From an uncultured Bacteroidota bacterium (GTDB taxonomy: Bacteria; Bacteroidota; Rhodothermia; Rhodothermales; Rubricoccaceae), in contig CAVUDG010000006.1 in NCBI GenBank assembly GCA_963740235.1, forward strand, positions 1 to 64,000: DNA of 64,000 nt, read 5' to 3'. A program made the position numbers and the translations under genes. The notes beneath the pieces are model-generated. The model ran no database searches, was not told the DNA's origin, and was given only the letters and a program-made list of their open reading frames with translations. Shown here one piece after another: positions 29,058 through 38,611 of this stretch (positions within the stretch are counted from its first letter, which is position 1; every line of letters begins with the position of its first letter).

Positions 29058-29754
29058 ATGACCACCGTCTACTGGATTTGCCTCGGCGGCGGCGTCGCCG
29101 TCTCGGTCCTGCTGGTCGTCCTCGGCGACCTCCTGGAGGCGGCGATGGACGCGCTCGACGGAGCCCTCGAGGCCGTCGACCTCGGCGGCGTCTTCGACCC
29201 GCTCTCGGCCGTCTTCGGCGTGACGCTGTTCGGCGGGGCCGGGCTGGTGCTCGACGCCTACGCCGACCTCGGGCAGACGCCCGAGGTGGTGATCGCCGCG
29301 GCGGCCGGGCTGGTGGCCGCGGTCACCCTCCACACCGTCTACGTCAAGCCGATGAAGGCGAGCGAGAACTCGACCGGGTTCTCCGTCCGCGAGTACGCCG
29401 GCAAGACGGGCGAGCTGACCACCAGCCTCACGGCCGACGGGTTCGGCGAGGTCGTCGTCCGGATGGGCGCGAGCACGACGTTCCAGACGGCCGCCTCGTT
29501 CTCGGGCCGACCCGATCCCGTCCGGCACGGCCGTCGTCGTCGTCGAGGTGGACGCCGAGGGCGTCCTGCGCGTCGCCCCGCTCGACACGGACGACGTGGC
29601 GGGGTCCGACCCCGACTCCCATCCCGCCCCGCCTGCAAACGCACTGACGGGTCGGGCCGGAGTCTGCGAGGACCTGGCTACGCGAACCCTGAACCCTGAA
29701 CCACCCCAAGACCCATGCTTGAGCTTCTCGGAGTCGGCGGCATCGTCGCCCTGA
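29058..29754 (+). CDS. NfeD-family membrane protein (flotillin partner), one apparent frameshift
   Basis: TM N-terminus MTTVYWICLGGGVAVSVLLVVLG. OB-fold part GKTGELTTSLTADGFGEVVVRMGASTTFQTAAS continues in ORF 29548..29754 as AEGVLRVAPLD. Confidence 0.7.
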
Positions 29755-31259
29755 GCGTCGTCGTCGCCCTCGTCTTTCTCGTCCTGCTCGTCGCGAGCCG
29801 CTACAAGACGGTCTCGCCCGACGAGGCCATGATCATCACCGGCGCCGCGCTCGGCGGCAAGAACGTGCTCACCGACGAGAGCGCGCGCAAGGTCAAGATC
29901 GTCCGCGGCGGCGGCGCGTTCATCGTGCCCATCGTCCAGCAGCGCGAGCACCTGTCGCTGCTCGAGCCACAAGCTCGACGTGATGACGCCCGAGGTCTAC
30001 ACGGCCGAGGGCGTGCCGGTGATGACCGACGGCGTGGCCGTCATCAAGGTCGGCTCGTCGGTCGAGGACGTGGCGACGGCGGCCGAGCAGTTCCTGGGCA
30101 AGCCCGACGAGGAGCTGCGCGCCGAAGCGCGCGAGGTCCTGGAGGGCCACCTGCGTGCCATCCTGGGCACGCTGACCGTCGAGGAGGTCTACCGCAACCG
30201 CGACAAGTTCGCCCAGGAGGTCCAGTCGGTCGCCGCGCGCGACCTGAAGAAGATGGGGCTCCAGATCGTGAGCTTCACGATCAAGGACGTCCGCGACAAG
30301 AACGGCTACCTGGAGGCGCTCGGCCGCCCGCGCATCGCGGCGATCAAGCGCGACGCCGACATCGCCGAGGCCGAGGCCACGCGCGACGCGCGCATCAAGA
30401 AGGCCAACGCCGACGAGGAGGGCCAGAAGGCCGAGCTCGTCCGCGACACGAACGTCGCCGAGGCCACGCGCGACCGCGAGCTCAAGGTGGCCGCCTACAA
30501 GCGGACGAGGACACCGCGCGCGCCGCAGGCCGACCAGGCGTACGCGATCCAGGAGGCGACCTCCCAGCGGGCCGTCGTCGAGGAGCAGATGCAGGTCGAG
30601 CTCGTCCGCAAGCAGCGCGAGGTGGACCTGGAGAAGCTCGAGATCGAGCGGCGCGAGAAGCAGTACGACTCCGAGGTCAAGAAGAAGGCCGACGCCGACC
30701 GCTACGCCGTCGAGCAGGCCGCCGAGGCGTCCAAGCTCCAGCAGATGCGCCGGGCCGAGGCCCGGCAGTTCGAGATCGAGGCCGAGGCCAAGGCCAACGC
30801 CGAGGCCAAGCGCCTGAATGGCGTCGCGGTCGGCGACGCGACGCGCGCCGAGGGCCTCGCCCAGGCCGACGTGATCCGCCAGCGCGGGCTCGCCGAGGCC
30901 GAGGCCAAGGAGAAGCTCGCCGAGGCGTTCGAGAAGTTCGGCGAGGCCGCCGTGCTCGACCTGCTCGCCAAGATGATGCCCGAGCTGGCGCGCGAGATCG
31001 CGCGCCCCGCTCGGCTCCATCGACCAGCTCACGGTCGTCGACACGGGCTCGGGCCAGGGCGCGGCCCGCGTCACCGACACCGTCGCCCAGCTGATGGCGA
31101 CCACGCCGGAGCTCGTCAAGAGCATCGTCGGGGTCGACCTGGCGGGCCTGGCCCAGCGGCTCGACCGCCGAGCGCCCGGCGCCGACCGAGCGCCCCGTGC
31201 CGGCGCTGGGCGACGGCGCCCCGACGCTCGTCCAGCCCGAGGACGCCGGCGAGGCGTAA
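29715..31259 (+). pseudogene. flotillin / SPFH (band 7) family protein, at least 3 apparent frameshifts
   Basis: N-terminus MLELLGVGGIVALSVVVALVFLVLLVASRYKTVSPDEAMIITGA... is in ORF 29715. Core KLDVMTPEVYTAEGVPVMTDGVAVIKVGS...IVSFTIKDVRDKNGYLEALGRPRIAAIKRDADIAEAEA... and the long coiled coil are in ORF 29980..31284. Tail SIDQLTVVDTGSGQGAARVTDTVAQLMATTPELVKSIVGVDLAGL is in a third frame. Confidence 0.8.
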
Positions 31260-31355
31260 CGGACCCGCCGGCCGGTCGTCCTAGACGGGCCCGGCCGGCG
31301 CTCGTAACCGTTTCAGGTCCAGTGCCGTAGGCCGGGGGCACCCGCGCACCCTGCC

Positions 31356-31997
31356 GTGTTTGGCCACTATTCCAAACCGCTCCACTCGCCCGAGCCGCGG
31401 CACCGAGACCGGCCGGGAGGAGCGGCGACCGACACCTTGCGGTCGGCGCTGACCGCCCCGTCCGGCCCCGCCGCCGTTCCCACTCGGCCCGCCTCGGCAC
31501 GGCGCCGGGCCTACCGGCGTCTTCTGTCGCGGCGGGCCCGGGCGCCCCGATCGCGCGTCGTCGGTGCGGCGGTCGTGGCCGCGCTGGTGGTGGCGTCGGT
31601 CGTGGCCGCGCGGTCGGCCCTCTGGTCCGACGACTTGGTCGCGTGGGACCGTGCCCAAGACGACTACGCCCGGCTGGTCACCCTGTCAGAGTCGGCGTGC
31701 CAGGCGGGGCGCTGCGCGTTCGCCTGGGGCGACACCGACCGCCCACCGCCCGAGGTGCGCCGGACCATGGCCCGCGTCCGGGCCCGCGACGTCCGCCACG
31801 ACCCGACCGTCGGTGAGACCACGATCCGCGGCGGCTACGGGGCCGCGTTCTCGCTCGTCTACGCCCGGCCCCCGTCGCCGGCCCAACGCCGCGCGCGTGC
31901 GGCCCGCGCCCACCTGTATGCGGACGCGCCGGCCTGGCAGGCGCCCCCGGCGCGACACGACCTGGGCGGCGGCTGGGCGCGCGTCGAGCGCCGCTGA
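31356..31997 (+). CDS. hypothetical membrane-anchored protein
   Basis: 213-aa ORF with hydrophobic VVGAAVVAALVVASVVAA segment. No recognisable domain. Confidence 0.35.
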   Translation: MFGHYSKPLHSPEPRHRDRPGGAATDTLRSALTAPSGPAAVPTRPASARRRAYRRLLSRRARAPRSRVVGAAVVAALVVASVVAARSALWSDDLVAWDRAQDDYARLVTLSESACQAGRCAFAWGDTDRPPPEVRRTMARVRARDVRHDPTVGETTIRGGYGAAFSLVYARPPSPAQRRARAARAHLYADAPAWQAPPARHDLGGGWARVERR

Positions 31998-32001
31998 CCG
32001 G

Positions 32002-32287
32002 CTACTCGACCGGGACGATCTGGCCGGTCCCGCTGACCGTCATGCCCTCCGGCGGCGGGCTCGTCGGGAAGTCCGAGATCGAGACGCCGGTCGCCTCCGA
32101 GCCCGCCCAGTCGTCGGGGACGTAGTGCGTGTGGCTCCCGTGCGAGATGCCGTGCCACCCACGCGGGCTCACGACGCCGGTCTCCGACGCCCGGAGCCCC
32201 AGCACGTCGCTGAGCGCGAAGGCCACGACCACGCCGAGCACGGCGAACACGACGAGGCGGACGAGGCGGCGGGCGGTCACGGTGGGA
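32002..32287 (-). CDS. hypothetical small His-rich membrane protein (GTG start)
   Basis: C-terminal ~95 aa of ORF 32002..32760: [56 protein letters not shown]... Confidence 0.35.
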
Positions 32288-32318
32288 TCGGAGGTGCGCG
32301 GGAGAGTACGCACGGCCC

Positions 32319-32830
32319 GTGCCACCGCCCCGCGAACCCTCCGTGACAACCCCCCGCGTCGTGCTCCTGATGGGCGTCTCCGGAGCCGGCAAGACGACCG
32401 TCGGCCGCGCCCTCGCCGCCGACCTCGGCTGGGCCTTCGAGGACGCCGACGACTACCACGCGCCGCCGCGCGCGCCAAGATGGGCCGGGGCGAGGGGCTG
32501 ACCGACGCCGACCGCGAGCCCTGGCTCGACCGCCTCGCCGCCCTCGTCCGCCGACGCGCGGCCGACGGCCCACCGACGGTCCTGGCGTGCTCGGCGCTCA
32601 AGCGCGGCCTACCGCGCCCGCCTCGGCGGGCCCGGGCGTCGTGGTCGTCTGGCTCGACGTGCCGCGCGCCGTGCTCGCCGAGCGTCTGGCGACTCGGCGC
32701 GGCCACTACGCCGGGCCCGACCTGCTCGACAGCCAACTCGACACGCTGGCAGCCTCCCACGGACGCCCTCCATCTCGACGGGACCGACTCGGTCGACCGG
32801 ATCGTCGAGGCGGTCCGGCGCGCCGGGTGA
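32319..32830 (+). pseudogene. gntK: gluconokinase / shikimate-kinase-family carbohydrate kinase, at least 3 apparent frameshifts
   Basis: P-loop [35 protein letters not shown] (ORF 32319). [37 protein letters not shown] (ORF 32129). GVVVVWLDVPRAVLAERLATRRGHYAGPDLLDSQLDTL (ORF 32587). Then DALHLDGTDSVDRIVEAVRRAG. Confidence 0.7.
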
Positions 32831-32861
32831 CGGCCGGTAAACGAGTCGGTCTCGGGCCGCT

Positions 32862-33387
32862 ATCCGCCTCCTGGCGCTCGCGTCTCGGCGCGCGCGTCGA
32901 CGGCCGCCTTCTGGCGGTACAGGTCGAGGTAGCTCTCGACGTCGTAGCGCGTCGCCGTAGATCTCCTTCATCTTGTTCCACCGGAGCTGGCAGGCCAGCC
33001 GGAACGCCGTGTCCTCGCCGTAGCGCTTGATCGAGAACGACGTGCCCCGCGCGACGCCGGGCTCCGGGTTCCACGAGACCGCGTAGACCTCGTGGCGGAT
33101 GCCGCGGCGGTCCCGCTTGTACGTCCGCGACACGCCGACGACGCCGCTCGTGTTGCTCTGGTTGTGGCGGATCAGCCGTCGCCGCCGCGGCTTGGCACGG
33201 GAGCTGGGCGACCTCCTCGAGCGAGCTCCTCGCGGTAGGCTTGGGCGGCCTCGAAGGCCTTGTCCTTGCCCCCCCACTTTTTGTCGGAGAACAGGCGCGA
33301 GAACGTCTTGCCGTCGCGGTACACACGGACTTGCCATCCGTGGGTCGAGTCAGAGTCGATCCGAATGACGCCTTTCGCGCTGGGCAT
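32862..33387 (-). CDS. double AP2-domain DNA-binding protein, at least 2 apparent frameshifts
   Basis: First AP2-like domain HGWQVRVYRDGKTFSRLFSDKKWGGKDKAFEAAQAYREEL (ORF 33172..33387). Second SGVVGVSRTYKRDRRGIRHEVYAVSWNPEPGVARGTSFSIKRYGEDTAFRLACQLRWNKM (ORF 32609..33337). Tail YDVESYLDLYRQKAAVDARAE is in a third frame. Confidence 0.6.
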
Positions 33388-33426
33388 GAGGACGTATGGG
33401 AAGTGCGAGGCGGAGCCTGTCGGACG

Positions 33427-33458
33427 TCAATCTACGAGCCCTATTTTTTTGTTTCAAC
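33427..33458 (-). promoter_or_regulatory. Bacteroidota-type promoter (-33 TTG / -7 TAGATTGA) in an AT-rich island upstream of the AP2-domain gene
   Basis: Minus strand cagTTGaaacaaaaaaatagggctcgTAGATTGAcg about 40 nt upstream of the ATG (33387). Local GC about 40% versus about 70% genome. Confidence 0.45.
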
Positions 33459-33551
33459 TGAGTTTGGGAACAATCCTGTCCTGGCCGTCCGCCATCCGGC
33501 TGGTCGGAGGCCCGGACGGGCCCGCGCGTGCGGCCTCCGCCTGGTGGTCGG

Positions 33552-34364
33552 CTACTGCCCCTCGTACTGCCGATAGGCCGCGTTGACCCAGCAGTACGCC
33601 CCGTACATCACGAACCCGACCGCGACGAGGGCCAGCAGCCACGGGCCGTACGGCTGCCGCTGGAGCGTGCCCAGCGCCTGGTCGAGCCCGCCCGCTTGGT
33701 CCGCGTCCGCCCGCCACGCGGCCTGCCCCATGAACGTGCCCGTTAGGAGGTAGACCGCGCCCCGAGCGCTCAGCCCCCACTGACCCGCCTTGCGGACCCA
33801 GTCGCGGCGCCGGGCGGCCTCGCCCTCCAGTCGGAAGTGGTCCATGAACGAGGCCCGGTACGCTCGGACGAACTGCCAGACGCCGTACCCCAGCAGGCCG
33901 AGCGCGAGCGCGGCCACGATCCAGCGGCCCCCGGGGAGGCCCAGCAGGGTCTGCGCGCGGTCTTGGGTGCCCCCCTCGCTCGCCCCGGCCCCCGACACGA
34001 CCCGGTAGGCGGAGACCGCCAGGCTCCCGTAGGCGGCGGCGCTCACGACGTAGAAGGCCCGTTTGCCGGCGCCCTCCAGGTCGTCGCCCTCGCCCTCGGG
34101 GTCGGTCACGGCCAGGACGACGCGCCACAGCGAGTAGGCCGCGAGCCCGACGACCAGCACCCAGAGCAGGAGCGACCCGAACGGCTGCTCGGCGACCGCC
34201 TGGAACGCGCCGGTCTGGCCCTCGGCGTCGCCCGACCCGAGGGCGGCGTCGAGCGCGAGCACTCCCAAGACGGCGTACAGGACGCCTTTCACGCCGTACC
34301 CGACCCGCCCCAGTGTTTCGAGCGGGTGGCGGTGGGCGTGGCGGGCAGTCGACGAGGCGGACAC
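33552..34364 (-). CDS. DUF1206-family membrane protein (intact)
   Basis: 270 aa with repeated TM pairs. GYGVKGVLYAVLGVLAL ... YRQYEGQ pattern. Confidence 0.7.
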   Translation of the reverse strand: MSASSTARHAHRHPLETLGRVGYGVKGVLYAVLGVLALDAALGSGDAEGQTGAFQAVAEQPFGSLLLWVLVVGLAAYSLWRVVLAVTDPEGEGDDLEGAGKRAFYVVSAAAYGSLAVSAYRVVSGAGASEGGTQDRAQTLLGLPGGRWIVAALALGLLGYGVWQFVRAYRASFMDHFRLEGEAARRRDWVRKAGQWGLSARGAVYLLTGTFMGQAAWRADADQAGGLDQALGTLQRQPYGPWLLALVAVGFVMYGAYCWVNAAYRQYEGQ

Positions 34365-34416
34365 GGTCGGGCGAGGGAGGGGACCGGAGGGACGGCCCGA
34401 CCGGTCCCGGGGATCC

Positions 34417-35535
34417 TCAGTGGCTCCGGCCTTTCCACCCGACCCGGGGCCGCAGCGCCATCACGAACGGCAACGTCACGAACGACAGCGTCACGAACGC
34501 GACCATCCCCACCAGCGCGCCCGGCCACACCCTCCCGCCGACGCGCCAGGCCAGCGCCGCCAGCAGCGCGCCGTCCGACAGCGTCTTGACCGCTAGGGCC
34601 GCCAGCCCGGCCACGGGCGACACCACCAACCCGGCGACCAGCAGCGCGTGGACGACGAACAGGACCACGTAGAGCGGGGCCACCCAGGGGTCCCCGCTCA
34701 GCCCGCCCTGGGCCCACCGCCGGAGCTGATCGTAGGCCGCCGCGACCCCGTCGACCGGCAGCGTCCAGACGACCGACCGCCCGTCGGGCGGGAACCGGAC
34801 GTGCCAGTCGGTCTCGTCGGCCACGGCGCGGACCAGCGTGAAGTCCTCCGTCAGCGAGAACGGCAGGGCGGGGTAGCCGCCGACGGCGAGGTAGGCCGCC
34901 CGGCGGACGCCCATGTTGTTGCCCATCCCGGTCGCGGGCATCCCCGCCTCGGCGACCGCGCTCACCGAGGCGAGCATGATCGACCAGTGGAGCGACTGGA
35001 CCCGGTCGAACCACCGGTCGTCGCGGACGGCCAGCCGGGCGACGCCGCACGACACGCCGACCGTCGGGTCCGACAGGACCTCGGCGTGGGCCCGGGCCCA
35101 CGCCGGGACCGGCGCGCAGTCGGCGTCGGTGATCAGGACGACCTCGGCGTCGACGGCCTGGAACGCCGTGTGGAGCGCCTGGGCCTTGCCCCGCAGGTGC
35201 TCGACGGGGTCGGGCACCTGGAGCGTCCGGATCGCGGGGCCGTCGGGCCCCACGCGGGCGGCGGCCCGTCCGACCGCCCGGGCTGTCCCGTCGGTCGAGT
35301 GGTCGTTGGCGACGACGATCTCGAACCGGTCGGCGGGGTAGTCCTGGGCCGCGAGCGCGTCGAGGCACCGCCCGATGGAGGCCTCCTCGTTCCGCGCGGC
35401 CACGACGATGGCGAGCCGGGGGAGCGCGTCGTCGGGCGGCGCGGGCGCCGTCGGGCGCCGCCTCGCCGTCCGCAGCGTGAGCAGGGCCATGACCACGGCG
35501 TACCCTCCGAACGCGAGAGTGAGGGCGAGCGTCAT
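34417..35535 (-). CDS. family-2 glycosyltransferase (membrane, processive-type)
   Basis: LAIVVAARNEEASIGRCLDALAAQDYPADRFEIVVANDHSTDGT ... ITDADC ... DQLRRWAQG. C-terminal TM helices. Start MTLALTLAF. Confidence 0.85.
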   Translation of the reverse strand: MTLALTLAFGGYAVVMALLTLRTARRRPTAPAPPDDALPRLAIVVAARNEEASIGRCLDALAAQDYPADRFEIVVANDHSTDGTARAVGRAAARVGPDGPAIRTLQVPDPVEHLRGKAQALHTAFQAVDAEVVLITDADCAPVPAWARAHAEVLSDPTVGVSCGVARLAVRDDRWFDRVQSLHWSIMLASVSAVAEAGMPATGMGNNMGVRRAAYLAVGGYPALPFSLTEDFTLVRAVADETDWHVRFPPDGRSVVWTLPVDGVAAAYDQLRRWAQGGLSGDPWVAPLYVVLFVVHALLVAGLVVSPVAGLAALAVKTLSDGALLAALAWRVGGRVWPGALVGMVAFVTLSFVTLPFVMALRPRVGWKGRSH

Positions 35536-36200
35536 CGGGCGGGGAGCGCGGGGAACCGCCAGCCCGCGGCGGCCAGCCGGGGCAGGGCGAGGTCGAGCGC
35601 GGCGACGGCCCGGGCGGCCGGGGCGCCGTCGTGCAAGGCGAGGATGGAACCGGGGCGAGCCAACCGGACGATCTCGCCCGCCAGCCGGTCGGCCGAACGG
35701 GAAGGTAGAAAGTCGCCGGGCATCACGTCCCACAGCACGATCCGCCGGCCCCCCGCCCGTGCCCACCGCGCCAGACCGGGCGTCACGCGGCCGTACGGCG
35801 GACGGACGTCGCGGACGGGGCCGCCTGTGAGCGCCTCCAGCACCTGCTCCGCCCGCTCGACGTCGGCGCGGACGGCGCCCGGCCGTCGGCGCCAGCCGCT
35901 GACGTGGGCGTCGCCGTGGCTCGCCACCCGGTGCCCCGCCTCGGTGATCGCGCGGACCAAGTCCGGACGCGCTTGGGCCCGCCCGGCCGACAAGAAGAAC
36001 ACGGCGCGGGCGTCGTGCCGAGCGAGGGCGTCCAGCCACCGCGGCGTCCCGTCGGCGTCGGGCCCGTCGTCGACGGTGACGTAGAGCGCGCGGTCGGCGC
36101 GCGGCGCGCGGACGACGCGCGGCCCGCGGACGACCGCGCCCACCAGCGGGCCCAGCACGCGCGGCAGCATCGAGTCGCGGACGCGGGTCAGGATCACGAG
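35532..36200 (-). CDS. polysaccharide deacetylase (NodB family)
   Basis: ALYVTVDDGPDADGTPRWLDALARHDARAVFFLSAGRAQARPDLVRAITEAGHRVASHGDAHV...VRPPYGRV... are NodB motifs. Start approximate. Confidence 0.75.
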   Translation of the reverse strand, partial: LVILTRVRDSMLPRVLGPLVGAVVRGPRVVRAPRADRALYVTVDDGPDADGTPRWLDALARHDARAVFFLSAGRAQARPDLVRAITEAGHRVASHGDAHVSGWRRRPGAVRADVERAEQVLEALTGGPVRDVRPPYGRVTPGLARWARAGGRRIVLWDVMPGDFLPSRSADRLAGEIVRLARPGSILALHDGAPAARAVAALDLALPRLAAAGWRFPALPAR

Positions 36201-36291
36201 ACGGGCGGGAGGGAGGACGTGTCGGCCGGGCGGTACCGCGCCAACGGCACCGGCTCCGCCCGGCGTGTCTGCGAGGCGGGCCGGGCCGGGC

Positions 36292-37513
36292 TCACTGGTC
36301 CAGCGTCCGGTCCTTCCACTGGTAGCCCCCCAGCGGGCCCAGCACGCCAACCAGGAGCGACTGGGGCGCGTGGAGCACCAGGTTGAGCGGGTAGACCGGC
36401 AGCAGGTGGAGCTGGCCGAACCGGCGCGCGGCCGGCACGATCACAGGGAGCTCGGCGGCGGCCTTGACCGCGAGCGCGCCCAGCAACCAGGGCCACAGGC
36501 CCGAGACGAACGGGACGGCCAGCAGCGTCGCCGTCATCGCGAAGAAGAAGGCCACGAAGCCGGACAGCATCACCTTGAGCCGGGCCGGGTAGTTCAGGCT
36601 CTTCGACGCCCACCGCTTGCGCTGGTGGACGTAGTCGGTCGGGGAGTACACCGGCGCCGTCAGGACGGTCGCCCCGGGGTCGGCGCAGAAGCGGATGTCG
36701 AGGGGGGTCGTGTACGCGATCTTCTGCATCAGCAGCTCGTCGTCGCCGCTCGTGACGTGGTCGATGCCCGAGAAGCCGCCGAGCGCCTGGAACGTCTCGC
36801 GGCGGTAGCCCACGCAGGCCCCGTTGGCGAGGTGGGGCCGGTCGATCCCGACCGCGCCGGCGGCGCACGCCATCACCCCGAAAAAGTCCTGGGCCTGGTA
36901 CCGCACGAACAGGCCGTCCTGGGGGCGGACGGCGTAGGCGACGGGCCCGCACACGAACGCGACCTCGTCGCCCTCGAACTGGGTGGCCAGCGCGCGCGCC
37001 CAGCCCGGCGGCACGACGCAGTCGGCGTCGGTCGTCAGGATGAGCTCGCCGCGGGCGTGGGCGACGGCCTTCTCGATCGCCCGCTTTTTGTGGGCGCGCG
37101 CGCGCGACCGGTTCTCGGGCACCTGGACCAGCCGGAGTCGCCCGGCCCCCTCGGACTCGGCCCACTCCGCCTCGGGCAGCTCGTCGCCGGCCAGGGCGAG
37201 CGCCGCCGTCGCCGTCATCCGCTGGCGGACGACGGCCGCCGTCGCGTCGGACGAGTCGTCGTCGACCACGATCACCTCCAGCTTGGCGTGCGGGTAGTCC
37301 GTCGCCAGGATCGAGTCGACGCACGGGCCGATGGTCTCCTCCTCGTTGCGTGCCGGGACCACGACCGTGATCGTCGGCAGGTCGGCGTCGGCGACCGGCG
37401 CGATGGCGTCGGTCCGGCGCGTCTCCTTGCGCAGGCCCCACGCCCACGCCCAGAGCCAGCCCGCGTAGTACAGCGAGAGCACGATCAGGACCAGACCCCA
37501 GGCCGTCGTCATG
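36292..37513 (-). CDS. family-2 glycosyltransferase (membrane, QxxRW processive type)
   Basis: MTTAWGLVLIVLSLYYAGWLW...ITVVVPARNEEETIGPCVDSILATDYPHAKLEVIVVDDDSSD...TTDADC...SGDDELLMQKI...HQRKRWAS. Confidence 0.85.
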
Positions 37514-38493
37514 CGGGTACCTCGGAGGGAGCGGCTTCGGCGCGGCGGTCGGCGACGCGGCGGAGCTGGAGGGCGAGCAGCAAGGGGGCCCCGACGAGCG
37601 CCGGCAGCAGCAGGTTGAGCGCGAACAAGGCCAGCGACGCGTCGAGCGCGGCGGCCGGCGCCACGCCGTAGGCGCCCAGGAAGAACACGGCCGCGCCCTC
37701 GCGCACGCCCAGGTCGCCCAGCGTCACCTGGGGGATGGCGCTCTTGGCAAAGAACACCAGGGCCACCCCGATCCACAGCCCGGCCCAGGGCGCGGTCGGG
37801 GCGAGCGCCCGCGCCAGCAGCACGAACTGGCCCGAGAACACGACGTAGCGGACGGCCGACAACGCCAGCAGCGTCACGGTCTCCTCCTGGGGGATCCGGG
37901 CGAACGCCCCGACCGCCCGGCGGACCGGCGCGAACGGCAGGACCGTCGTCACGGCGACGCGCGCCAGGCCCGGGAACAGGATGCACGCGACCAGCCCCGC
38001 CGACGCCAGCCAGCCCACGGCCAGCACGGCCGGCCACAGCGGCGACGGGTCGAGCTGGGTCGCGAGGTACGGCCCGAGCGCGAGCAGCCCGCCCACCAGG
38101 CACGCCGCCAGCGTCGCCATCCGCTCGCCGAACGTCAGCGCGGCCGAGGCTCCGGCCGGGATCGCGCGGAGGTAGACCGCCCGGCCCACGTAGTCCCCGA
38201 TCCGCCCCGGCGTCAGGAGCCCCAGCGGGTACGACCCCACGACCGCCCGCAGCACGTCGCGGTGGCGGACCTGGGGCGCCAGCCGCCGGACCAGCCGCCC
38301 CCACCGGTACGCCTCCAGCCCGATGTTGACCGGGACCAGCGCGAGCGCCAGCAGGGCCCACCGCGGGTCGGCGTGCGACACGGCCCGGACCACCTCGGCC
38401 GGGTCCACCAGGTGGACCAGCGCCACGACGGCGACGGCGGCCAGCACGCCCTTCAGGACGAACAGCCAGCGGGGGGCCTGGGGGAGGGGCACG
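37509..38493 (-). CDS. lysylphosphatidylglycerol-synthase-TM-like (UPF0104 / flippase-like) membrane protein, GTG start
   Basis: C-terminal ~328 aa of ORF 37509..39662. WLFVLKGVLAAVAVVALVHLVDPAEVVRAV...GRIGDYVGRAVYL... with multiple TM helices. Confidence 0.65.
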
Positions 38494-38574
38494 GGGGGAC
38501 GGCAGGGCAGAGGGGCGGCGCAAGCTAGCAGACGCCCGGGCCCGGGCACACCGAAGAGCCCGTGAGGCCCCGCC

Positions 38575-38604
38575 CCCCCCCCGCCTCGGGGCCGAGGCGG
38601 GGGC
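38575..38604. repeat. REP-like palindrome after the OM barrel gene
   Basis: ccccccccccgcctcggggccgaggcgggggcaccc. Confidence 0.7.
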
Positions 38605-38611
38605 ACCCGGC

